Source: Chloroflexi bacterium RBG_13_51_36
GTDB taxonomy: Bacteria; Chloroflexota; Dehalococcoidia; GIF9; AB-539-J10
Direction of reading: 5' to 3'
Length of the DNA stretch: 64,000 bases
Assembly (NCBI GenBank): GCA_001796515.1
Contig: MGMS01000010.1
Span: 18,209 to 82,208 of the forward strand
Under the pieces are notes generated by a model, which was given only the letters and a program-made list of their open reading frames with translations, did no database searches and was not told where the DNA came from. Made by a program: the position numbers and the translations under genes. Positions 50,617 to 59,029 of this stretch are shown here, in pieces; within the stretch, counting starts at the first letter, position 1, and the number at the start of each line of letters is the position of its first letter.

Positions 50617-50755
50617 GCGACACCAAAGACGGGGGTGCTGGACTCTGGCTGAGCATCGAACTTGCATAGCGTGGTGTCCACACGGGCGTCGGGGCTATTT
50701 AATAATGGGTGACTATAGACTGCGGCCGGGATGCTCAGGCGGCGAAGAATAAAAT

Positions 50756-50892
50756 GCCCCGAGTAACCTCACTTCCTCACCTGCCACTGTCGGACCTCGT
50801 CTTCAGCCTACCTTGCACTGACCACAGCCAGCGCGTTTCAGCTTCCACCAAGCCCAACTCTTGTGCCGGGTCCCTGCTCGGCTACTCGGGAC
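50756..50892. mobile_element. 137-bp MITE-like element, copy B
   Basis: GCCCCGAGTAACCTCACTTCC...GGGTCCCTGCTCGGCTACTCGGGAC. The 65 aa ORF 50709-50906 in the track lies entirely inside it. Confidence 0.6.
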
Positions 50893-51220
50893 ATGTTCTA
50901 TATTAGCACAGGCCTGAGACATTTGTCAAGTCCTCTGCGCGACGTTTGGAGCGCGCGGCTTATGGATGACAAGACTGATTAAGGCGCTATAGGGAAGCGG
51001 CGGAAAGGCACAGCTCCTCCTTGGCTTGATCGGTCTTTTGATGGGTCGGCGGGCAGGCTCGTCGTGGCAAAGTAATGTGTAGCGGCCAGTACGAGGATCA
51101 TGTTTTCCGGTTAGGAGGTATCCCAAAACTACTCAATCAGTACTTTGTAACATTTTCGCCCCTTTTTCGTTTTAGTTGATGAAGGTAACGGCAGATTAAC
51201 AAAAGAAAGGAGCTGTTTCT

Positions 51221-51559
51221 ATGAAGAGAAGATTTAAAATACTGGGTTTGTCCATGGTGGTCGCGGCTATTCTGGCACTGGCTATTGCCAGTACTGTCAG
51301 TGCCGCTGGCAATGACCCCGCCATCGGTGCCCAGACTCAGAACCAGGGAGAGGAGTGTCTCTGCGGACAATGTCCTTGCGACGACTGTGACCCCGTCAAT
51401 CACTCATATAACTACGACTACTCATACTCGTCTCCTGGCCCGCACGGACAACAGAACGGAGAATGTGGCTGCGGTGACTGTGAGCCCGTCAATCACGCAT
51501 ATAGCCACGACTATTCATATTCGTCGCCTGGCCCGCATGGATTCCAGAACGGCAAATAG
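51221..51559 (+). CDS. Secreted Cys/His/Tyr-rich peptide with two tandem ~30 aa repeats
   Basis: Signal peptide MKRRFKILGLSMVVAAILALAIASTVSA. Then CLCGQCPCDDCDPVNHSYNYDYSYSSPGPHGQQNG and ECGCGDCEPVNHAYSHDYSYSSPGPHGFQNG. RBS AAAGGAG lies upstream. Confidence 0.6.
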   Translation: MKRRFKILGLSMVVAAILALAIASTVSAAGNDPAIGAQTQNQGEECLCGQCPCDDCDPVNHSYNYDYSYSSPGPHGQQNGECGCGDCEPVNHAYSHDYSYSSPGPHGFQNGK

Positions 51560-51875
51560 AGTTCCAGATACCTGGTTATAACTGTGGGATAGGGACTCGT
51601 ACAATAGCCGTTACCGCATGAAGTAGGGGCCCCGAGTATTAACCGGACCCAATGGTAGGGGGAGTCATGTGGCTCCCCCTATTATCTATTGGCGAGCGTA
51701 ACTATATCCGGTGCCTGACCTGCGGTAGAACGGCCTCCATTCGCAGAAGGACCAGGGGCGAAGTCCAGGTGATTCGTGCCTGTTCAAATCGGACTTTATA
51801 GCATTCAATTAAGCCAACCCGCCCTGGCTTTTTGGCGGTTTGCGCAGTCACGTCCTTGACAAGGTGGAAGATGGA

Positions 51876-51909
51876 GCCTGGCGCAAATCAGGTGTTATGG
51901 TGCCGGGGA
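51876..51909 (+). repeat. 63-bp TIR element, copy 9 (3-prime half only)
   Basis: GCCTGGCGCAAATCAGGTGTTATGGTGCCGGGGA. Confidence 0.5.
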
Positions 51910-52023
51910 TGCCCCGCTTCTGCCTGCGGAAGCGCTGAGAGCGGGTTGAGAGTAAGCCGGAGTTGCTTCGCCCACCATCGGGTGCTACCATTTCCATTAA
52001 CGACGCTGTTTCGGGAACTCTGT

Positions 52024-52710
52024 ATGGCAAAGCAGCCTTATCTTGAGAAAATAGAAGAGCGCGGTGATTTACAGGTCTGGCTAGTCGATGGTAGCTATAT
52101 CCGCAGCCACAAGGATGAAGAATTCACTAACTTCGGCCAGCACTACCGGTATCCCTACATTCCCGCAAACGAGCTCTGGATTGACCGCGAAGCCGAGCAT
52201 GATGAACGGCAGTTCTTCATTGACCACCTGCTGGTCGAGCACCGGCTGATGGCGAAGGGCGTGCCTTATGATGAAGCGCTGGTGAAGGCCGACCAGGCGG
52301 AACGCAGGGAACGCCGCCGCGCCGGAGATGCCGGTCGCTTGACCCGTCGCGGGCAAACACTGCCCGATGGGAAAAACGTCCACGAGCGATTATGGCAAAA
52401 ACTGAGGAACGGCCTCAGTATCTGGATTGTTAATGGCCGGCTGGTGCGTAGTACGTTCGATATCGACTTCACAGAAGGCGGGCACGACTACATTTATGAA
52501 TTCGTGCCCGAGAACGAAGTGTGGATTGATGACGCTATCGTAGAGCCGGAGCGCGGATACGTGCTATTGCATGAGCTCCACGAGCGCAACCGCATGGCCA
52601 AAGGCGGGCCCTATGGCAAGGCCCACGCCGAATCGAGCCGACTGGAGTACCACTGCCGCCGCCACCCCGATGAACTGCATGAAGCCCTGACGGGGGAGGG
52701 CTGGGGTTGA
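52024..52710 (+). CDS. Hypothetical protein with two tandem ~75 aa repeats, the second carrying HELHE (HExxH)
   Basis: Repeat 1: VWLVDGSYIRS...YPYIPANELWIDREAEHDE...LLVEHRLMAKGVPY. Repeat 2: IWIVNGRLVRS...YEFVPENEVWIDDAIVEPE...LLHELHERNRMAKGGPY. Start set at MAKQPY, downstream of repeat copy 9. Confidence 0.5.
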   Translation: MAKQPYLEKIEERGDLQVWLVDGSYIRSHKDEEFTNFGQHYRYPYIPANELWIDREAEHDERQFFIDHLLVEHRLMAKGVPYDEALVKADQAERRERRRAGDAGRLTRRGQTLPDGKNVHERLWQKLRNGLSIWIVNGRLVRSTFDIDFTEGGHDYIYEFVPENEVWIDDAIVEPERGYVLLHELHERNRMAKGGPYGKAHAESSRLEYHCRRHPDELHEALTGEGWG

Positions 52711-52888
52711 TACTCCGGGGCGCATGGTGAGACGGACGGCTGGCTTGTGTCAAACACAGGGCCAAGGGCCGGGCCTCCTAAGAATGAGCTATTATGTTCC
52801 CGGAGGCAGGATGTCGTATAATACGTACATCTAAATCCCGCGTTGGAACCTGTGCGCGTGCGAATCACCGGAAGGGAAGGTTACGTTT

Positions 52889-53530
52889 ATGAAAATAGTA
52901 ATCATCGGAGCAAGCGGGCAGATTGGAGCATTCATTCGGGACGAGGCACTGGCGCGAGGGCACCAGGTGACTGCCATCGTGCGTCATCCTGAGAAGATAA
53001 CTGTGCAGGACCCTGGTTTGCGTGTCGTGAAAGCGGACATTCTCAAGGATGAGGTCAATGAACTGGTGAAAGGTCATGATGCGGTCATAAGTGCCTACAA
53101 TCCCGGCTGGAGCAATCCCGACATGTACAACGAGCAAATCGAGGGTTACAAAAGGATTATCAGCGGTGTCAAGAAGTCGGGAATCAAAAAACTACTGGTC
53201 GTCGGTGGGGCGGGAAGTCTGGAGGTCGCTCCTGGCGTACAGGTCCTGGACACGGCGAGCTTCCCGGAGCAGGTGAAGAAAGGAGTGCTGGCGACCAGAG
53301 AGGTACTTTACATGCTCAGGAAAGAAAAGGAACTTGAGTGGACATTCTTGAGCCCGCCAAGCTCAATCAAGCCGGGAGAACGGACGGGGCATTACCGGGT
53401 CGGGAAAGACCAGCTCCTTAAGGACGAGAAGGGCGAAAGCAAAATCTCCACGCCGGACTACGCTGTTGCCATGCTCGATGAACTGGAGAACCCGAAGCAC
53501 GTTCGCGAACGCTTCACTGTCGCCTACTGA
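52889..53530 (+). CDS. NAD(P)H-binding NmrA/atypical-SDR-like protein
   Basis: MKIVIIGASGQIGAFI Rossmann motif. 213 aa. Confidence 0.8.
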   Translation: MKIVIIGASGQIGAFIRDEALARGHQVTAIVRHPEKITVQDPGLRVVKADILKDEVNELVKGHDAVISAYNPGWSNPDMYNEQIEGYKRIISGVKKSGIKKLLVVGGAGSLEVAPGVQVLDTASFPEQVKKGVLATREVLYMLRKEKELEWTFLSPPSSIKPGERTGHYRVGKDQLLKDEKGESKISTPDYAVAMLDELENPKHVRERFTVAY

Positions 53531-53591
53531 ACTCCAGAGGCACTATACCAATCAGACGTGCCACAAGTCCTGCATTATGTCCCAAAATACC
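53529..53591 (+). repeat. 63-bp TIR element, copy 10
   Basis: GAACTCCAGAGGCACTATACCAATCAGACGTGCCACAAGTCCTGCATTATGTCCCAAAATACC. It begins inside the TGA stop of the upstream gene. Confidence 0.8.
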
Positions 53592-53605
53592 CGTTTAGAT
53601 GGCGT

Positions 53606-54337
53606 TTAATATCTCAGGCTTGCCAACAGTTTGAATTCCTGCTGTGAGCGATTTTCAGTTTTCTCTTTAAAGGGGAAAGTGGCATCATATTGCGCAAATT
53701 CATTCTCATGGACCGCGAAACCAGCGCTCTCAATAAATCTTCCCGGCATATTGTTTAACACACCCTTTTTCAGCTCCAGTACCTGCAATGCTACCGCAAA
53801 TTTGGCGTCGGAGGTTCTGATATCGTATTTTTCAGCGCATCTAAATCCAAGGCGGCTATAATATCTTGGGTCTCCGTAAATACAGATGGCGGAATACCCC
53901 ATATTCTTCGCAAGGTTAATCGTATGATTAATCAGTGTGCTGCCAATGCCTTGTTTTTGAAATGCCGGTAGAACGCTTACGGGGCCAAAACCTATTACCT
54001 CTTTTTCCTCACCCCGCTGCATTTTGATAATACCGCGACTATAGACAATCTGTCCGACGATCAAGCCTTCTTTCTCCGCAACAAAGTCAAGTTCCGGAAT
54101 GAAATCGCTACTTTTTCTCAGATTGTGAATAATAATATGTTCGTTGCATCCAGGGACATAAAGATTCCAAAAAGCTTCACGTATCAGTTGCTCAACAGCC
54201 CTGTAATCTTTTCCCCCTTCGTTTCTTATGGTTAGATTGATACTGGACATCATTGATAGTATAACCCGCTGCAAAGCTGCAGTACAGGAAAAGTAATATC
54301 TATGCCCCACACCAGCATTGGGCACAATACCAATCAA
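53606..54337 (-). CDS. GNAT family N-acetyltransferase
   Basis: QKQGIGSTLINHTINLAK acetyl-CoA binding region. 243 aa. Confidence 0.8.
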   Translation of the reverse strand: MIGIVPNAGVGHRYYFSCTAALQRVILSMMSSINLTIRNEGGKDYRAVEQLIREAFWNLYVPGCNEHIIIHNLRKSSDFIPELDFVAEKEGLIVGQIVYSRGIIKMQRGEEKEVIGFGPVSVLPAFQKQGIGSTLINHTINLAKNMGYSAICIYGDPRYYSRLGFRCAEKYDIRTSDAKFAVALQVLELKKGVLNNMPGRFIESAGFAVHENEFAQYDATFPFKEKTENRSQQEFKLLASLRY

Positions 54338-54374
54338 GCTGACTGCAAATCAGGTATTGTCTCCACGGGATAGG
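54312..54374 (+). repeat. 63-bp TIR element, copy 11
   Basis: CCAGCATTGGGCACAATACCAATCAAGCTGACTGCAAATCAGGTATTGTCTCCACGGGATAGG. Confidence 0.75.
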
Positions 54375-54377
54375 ATA

Positions 54378-55355
54378 CTATTCCCCGTGGGACTCGAGGA
54401 AGGCGAGCACCACGATATTGAACAAGAGCGGCTGCTCTTCCATCAGCATATGACCTGTTTCGGGTATGGCGCGAAATTCAGCCGACGGGATTTCATTTCG
54501 CCATCGGTCTATCTGTGTCCGCGTAACCCAGGTATCATTTTCGCCCCAGAGAATTAGCGTGGGAAACTCAAGGTTCTCCAGAGCGAAGGTGATGACATTC
54601 TTGGACATGTCCCTGGTCATAGCGAGCAGCGATTGTGACCACTGGCCGGTAACCAGCCTGTTGTAATAACCATCCACAACGTCTGCCGTCACAATATCCT
54701 GATAGGAAGCACTCCTCAGAAGCCGGCCGACGCGCTCCTTTGTTACATAGCGGGTTAGAAATAGTTCGCCAATTCTCTGGAATGGCCCGAAATTCAGCAG
54801 GGCAGAGATATGAATGAGCTCCCCATCCAGACTAACGGCGCCGTCCACACTTATCAGTCCCAGGACTTTCTCGGGGTATAGATGGGCGAAATGCAGCATA
54901 ACGCTGGTGCCCATGCTGTGTCCCACCAAATAGGCCTGGTCGATACCCAGCCTGTCCAGCACCTCCGCCAGGAGCCTGGCCTGCGCCGGGTGCGAATAGT
55001 CCGATGCAAAATCCTTATAGGAAAGACCGAACCCTTTCATATCCAGGCTAACAACCCGGTAGCCTTCGCCAGCAAAGAAGGGGGCATTATGGCGCCAGGA
55101 GAAGGTCGAGCCTCCGAATCCGTGGATGAATACTATGGTTGCCTGCAATGATTCTGGATTCTGCTCCTCGACGTAGATGCTCATCCCGTCAATATTAAGA
55201 AACCGGCCGTGCTCACTGACCAGCTCATCCGGCGACACTTCAGCCTGAGTCTGCCCGAGGGGTATCAGGTAGGGAAGAACGCAAACAAGAAGGAAAGCCT
55301 GTACTATCCAATATACTATCACTAATGCGCGAAATCTGCGCCAGTACTTTCCCAT
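54378..55355 (-). CDS. Alpha/beta hydrolase with N-terminal membrane anchor
   Basis: GHSMGTSV nucleophile elbow, with the C-terminal HMLMEEQP His. 325 aa. Confidence 0.8.
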   Translation of the reverse strand: MGKYWRRFRALVIVYWIVQAFLLVCVLPYLIPLGQTQAEVSPDELVSEHGRFLNIDGMSIYVEEQNPESLQATIVFIHGFGGSTFSWRHNAPFFAGEGYRVVSLDMKGFGLSYKDFASDYSHPAQARLLAEVLDRLGIDQAYLVGHSMGTSVMLHFAHLYPEKVLGLISVDGAVSLDGELIHISALLNFGPFQRIGELFLTRYVTKERVGRLLRSASYQDIVTADVVDGYYNRLVTGQWSQSLLAMTRDMSKNVITFALENLEFPTLILWGENDTWVTRTQIDRWRNEIPSAEFRAIPETGHMLMEEQPLLFNIVVLAFLESHGE

Positions 55356-55591
55356 GACTACATTATACTACGTATGAAAACGATACCGTCCGGTAATCTC
55401 AGCCGCCCGTTAGGGAATAATGCACAATTGTCCGATTTGTGAAAGCACTCCCGACGAATAACGTGGGGATGAGCGGACAACCGGGAGAACGAATTGTCTC
55501 CGTGCGCCAGTATAGTGTATGATTCCCTCAGCAGTCTCTTCTGAAGCGCCGATTGCCGCTCGAATTCGTCCTATCTAAGGGGGAAGCGTTA

Positions 55592-57637
55592 ATGTGTAAG
55601 AGGAACAGCCTGTTCGTGGCCAACAAAGGGTTGTTGCTTGCTCTGACAACCATCCTGATTGTGGCCTTATTCCTGGGCATTGCGGGAAATCCGAAAAGCT
55701 ATGCGGCTGAAACCGAAGAACTGTATTTCTCTATACTCCACACCAATGACATGCATTCCGAACTCATACCTCATTCGCCGGCAGTAGATTACCGCCCGGG
55801 AGAAGAAAATGCTGCTATAGGAGGATTCGCCCGGCTGGCTACCGCCGTGGACGAAATCCGGGAGAACAAAATGAAGGAAGGTGAACCGGTGCTTCTTCTT
55901 GATGCCGGTGACTTCCTGGGAGGTGCTCCTTTCGCCTGGCTGGCCCTCAATGGTTCTGCAGCAGAACTTACCGTCATGCAGGAGATGAGATACGACGCTG
56001 TAGCCATCGGCAATCATGAGTACGATTATGGCGCTGATGTTCTGGCGCAGTATCTTATGCAGGCAGGATACCCCGAAGCCCACGAGAAAACACTGGTGCT
56101 GGCCTCCAATACAGAGGCGCCATCGGACCATCCGCTGGCTACCCAGGGTCTGTACAGGGAGACCGGAATGTTTGAGCTGGGAAATGGCCTGAAAGTGGGA
56201 GTCTTCAGCCTTATAGGTAAAGACGCCATCCTGGCAATGGGCGATAGCGGGGACATGCAGTTCCTGGACCAGCACGAGACGGCTCTCCAAATGGTAGATG
56301 AGCTGGACGAACATGGCGCCGACGTCATCGTGGCCCTAAGTCACTGCGGTGTGGACGAGGACAAGGAACTGGCGCAAGAGGTCCCGGGGATCGATGTCAT
56401 TGTGGGCGGCCACTCTCATACCGCACTGTTTGAGCCGGTCTTACAGGGCACCACAGTCATTGTCCAGGCTGGTTCCCTGGGAACGTACCTGGGGCAACTG
56501 GAACTGGCGTACGACTCCAACACCGGCGAAGTGCGGGTACGCAACGAAGAGAATGGCAGCCCCTTCCTTGTTCCCATTGATGGCAGCTTTGCCGGCGACC
56601 CGGAAATCGATGCCCTGGTCCAGGAATATGTTCTCCGCTTGGACGCCTACATCGAACAAATGACCGACGGCAAATTCGACGATATCATGGCCACAATAGC
56701 CAGGTCTGACTCTGTCCTGTCCAGCCTTCCGTTCTTTAGTGAGACTGCGCTGGGCAACTTCGTTACGGATGCCATGCGCTTTGTTGGCCAGGAATCTACC
56801 GGCGAGAGAGTTGACATAGCAGGCCAGGCTAACGGCAACATACGCAGTAGTGTCTTTCCCGGCACCACGGAACACTCTGCGGGAAACATTTCTTTCTACG
56901 AAATCGTCGAAGCTACAGGTGTGGGACGGGGACTCGACGGCCGCCCGGGCTGCCCAATTGCGTCTGTTTATCTCACCGGCGAGGAAGTGCGTCGTGTACT
57001 GGAAATAACCGTATTGTTGCAGAAGTTTATGGGAGATTCTTATTTCCTGCATTTCTCGGGCTTGCGGTACAGCTACAACCCCGCCAATGCTGTGCTCCTG
57101 ACTGTGCCTTTCGTGAACCTGCCTATCCCCACGACCCGTGCGGTTACCGGTGCCGAGCTTTACACAGGGGATGGGATTCAGCCTGCAAGCAACGAAGAGT
57201 ACGTCGCCCTGAAGCGTGGAGACGAAGAGTTGTACCACCTGGTCACCGACGCCTACCTCCTGCTCTTCCTCCCTCTAGTGACAGATATCCTGCCTCAGCT
57301 GGAAATAGTCCCTAAGAACGCCGATGGAGAGCCGGTGCCGCGGGACAGAATGGACGAACTGATAATACGTCATTCCGACGGAAGAGAGCTCAAGGTGTGG
57401 GAAGCAGTGCTGATGTACGCGGCGGCCCAGCTACATGGAGGGGACGGGATACCGCAGATACCCGATTATTACGCAGCTGTTGCCGGCCGCATCACCAAAG
57501 TCTGGACATTCCCTCTGATAGGGTGGCTTCTCTTGATACTGGCGGCTATTGTGGCTGGCATAATATACCTGGCCTTGCGCAGGAGAAGGCGCAGGATTTT
57601 CAGGGACACCATGCCAATCAGGTCTGCCACAAACTAG
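55592..57637 (+). CDS. 5-prime-nucleotidase / UshA-like metallophosphoesterase, with signal peptide and C-terminal TM anchor
   Basis: SILHTNDMHSE, GNHEYDYG, GGHSH metallophosphatase motifs. The C-terminal TM plus RRRRRR, the last 13 codons and the stop all lie inside repeat copy 12. Confidence 0.85.
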   Translation: MCKRNSLFVANKGLLLALTTILIVALFLGIAGNPKSYAAETEELYFSILHTNDMHSELIPHSPAVDYRPGEENAAIGGFARLATAVDEIRENKMKEGEPVLLLDAGDFLGGAPFAWLALNGSAAELTVMQEMRYDAVAIGNHEYDYGADVLAQYLMQAGYPEAHEKTLVLASNTEAPSDHPLATQGLYRETGMFELGNGLKVGVFSLIGKDAILAMGDSGDMQFLDQHETALQMVDELDEHGADVIVALSHCGVDEDKELAQEVPGIDVIVGGHSHTALFEPVLQGTTVIVQAGSLGTYLGQLELAYDSNTGEVRVRNEENGSPFLVPIDGSFAGDPEIDALVQEYVLRLDAYIEQMTDGKFDDIMATIARSDSVLSSLPFFSETALGNFVTDAMRFVGQESTGERVDIAGQANGNIRSSVFPGTTEHSAGNISFYEIVEATGVGRGLDGRPGCPIASVYLTGEEVRRVLEITVLLQKFMGDSYFLHFSGLRYSYNPANAVLLTVPFVNLPIPTTRAVTGAELYTGDGIQPASNEEYVALKRGDEELYHLVTDAYLLLFLPLVTDILPQLEIVPKNADGEPVPRDRMDELIIRHSDGRELKVWEAVLMYAAAQLHGGDGIPQIPDYYAAVAGRITKVWTFPLIGWLLLILAAIVAGIIYLALRRRRRRIFRDTMPIRSATN

Positions 57638-57657
57638 GGATTATCTTCCGTAATACC
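57595..57657 (+). repeat. 63-bp TIR element, copy 12
   Basis: GATTTTCAGGGACACCATGCCAATCAGGTCTGCCACAAACTAGGGATTATCTTCCGTAATACC. Confidence 0.8.
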
Positions 57658-57750
57658 TCAGCAAGTCCAGGTCATCCGTGTCGGAGAGTTGACAGCACCA
57701 GGTCGCCCATCTAAAGTGTAAGCTGGCGAGTTGAGGTACGCGCACCAAAG

Positions 57751-58782
57751 GTGCGCTCGGTGTCCATGGAACCAGGATATGTTGCGCTATACCAGTCCGG
57801 CGAATTGGGCCGTCGTGCACAGGCGCTTGAGGCTCGATTGGCCTCCTGCGATATCTGCCCCCGGGAGTGTCGGGTCAATAGACTGGAGGACGAGGTGGGT
57901 TATTGCCATTCCGGGCGGCTCCCCATAGTGTCAGCATTCTGCGCTCACCATGGTGAGGAACCCGCCATTTCGGGGACCGGCGGGTCAGGGACGGTCTTTT
58001 TCGGCAACTGCAATATGAGATGCGTCTATTGTCAGAACCACCAGATAAGCCAGAACTGGAAGGAACAGAAGTCGAAGGAAATGGACTGCCGCACTCTGGC
58101 GGAGAAGATGCTCTATCTTCAGGATGAATTGGGCTGCCATAATATCAATTTCGTTTCGCCATCCCATTTTGTGCCTCAGCTCGTTCGGGCAGTTTTGGAG
58201 GCGGTGCCCAGGGGGTTGAAAGTGCCGCTTGTCTATAACAGCAGTGGCTATGATTCTGTCGCCTCTCTGAAAGCGCTGGACGGCGTCATAAGTATCTACC
58301 TGCCCGATTTGAGATATGCCTCGGACAGGTGGGCCAAAAAGTTCTCGCATGCCCCGGACTATGTAGCACGGGCCCGCCAGGCCATTAAGGAGATGTATCG
58401 ACAGGTTGGAGACCTGGCGGTAGATGAATCCGGCGTGGCACAGAAAGGACTGATAGTGCGCCACCTTATTCTCCCCAACGGTCTGGCCGGCAGCGAGGAA
58501 TCACTAATCTGGCTGGCCCGGGAGCTTTCCCCCACGGTGACGGTCAGCATAATGTCTCAGTACATGCCGATGCACCGGGCGCCGCGAATACCATTGATTT
58601 CGAGGAAGATCACCATTGAAGAGCATGAGGCAGTCCTCCGGTTGCTTACTGACCTGGGAATAGAGAACGGTTGGGTGCAGGAAATGGAGGCAGCGGAAGA
58701 GTATCTCCCTGATTTCGAACGACAAGGTCACCCTTTTTGTCCTAAGAATTCACAGGATAACATGCAAGTAGGCTTACAGTGA
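57751..58782 (+). CDS. PflX-family radical SAM protein (putative glycyl-radical activating enzyme-like)
   Basis: GELGRRAQALEARLASCDICPRECRVNR...FFGNCNMRCVYCQNHQIS: Cx3Cx2C cluster plus the N-terminal CxxCPRxC typical of PflX-like proteins. Confidence 0.75.
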   Translation: MRSVSMEPGYVALYQSGELGRRAQALEARLASCDICPRECRVNRLEDEVGYCHSGRLPIVSAFCAHHGEEPAISGTGGSGTVFFGNCNMRCVYCQNHQISQNWKEQKSKEMDCRTLAEKMLYLQDELGCHNINFVSPSHFVPQLVRAVLEAVPRGLKVPLVYNSSGYDSVASLKALDGVISIYLPDLRYASDRWAKKFSHAPDYVARARQAIKEMYRQVGDLAVDESGVAQKGLIVRHLILPNGLAGSEESLIWLARELSPTVTVSIMSQYMPMHRAPRIPLISRKITIEEHEAVLRLLTDLGIENGWVQEMEAAEEYLPDFERQGHPFCPKNSQDNMQVGLQ

Positions 58783-59029
58783 ATCAGGAATGACGTGCCC
58801 GGAACAGTGATGCCGTGAGGCATTTCTCCACCGCTTTCGTATGCTTTTCGCAAACCAGTACAAGGAAGAATCCTTCAACACATCCGAATTTGCGTTTACC
58901 AGGTGGAATGGCGTGGGCAGGCGGCACAACACCCGGAATCGTTCAATGGAACGACAACCGGGCGCAAGAGTTGGTGCATGGGAACAGGAACCAGGGGAAA
59001 ACCTGCGGAGACGTTAGGTCCCATCGCTA

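Noticed and set aside
50709-50906. 65 aa ORF.
   Set aside because: Lies wholly within MITE-like copy B. Copy A does not maintain the frame.
51832-52023. N-terminal 64 codons of ORF 51832-52710.
   Set aside because: They contain element copy 9 and show no similarity to either internal repeat. The downstream Met at 52024 begins the first repeat.
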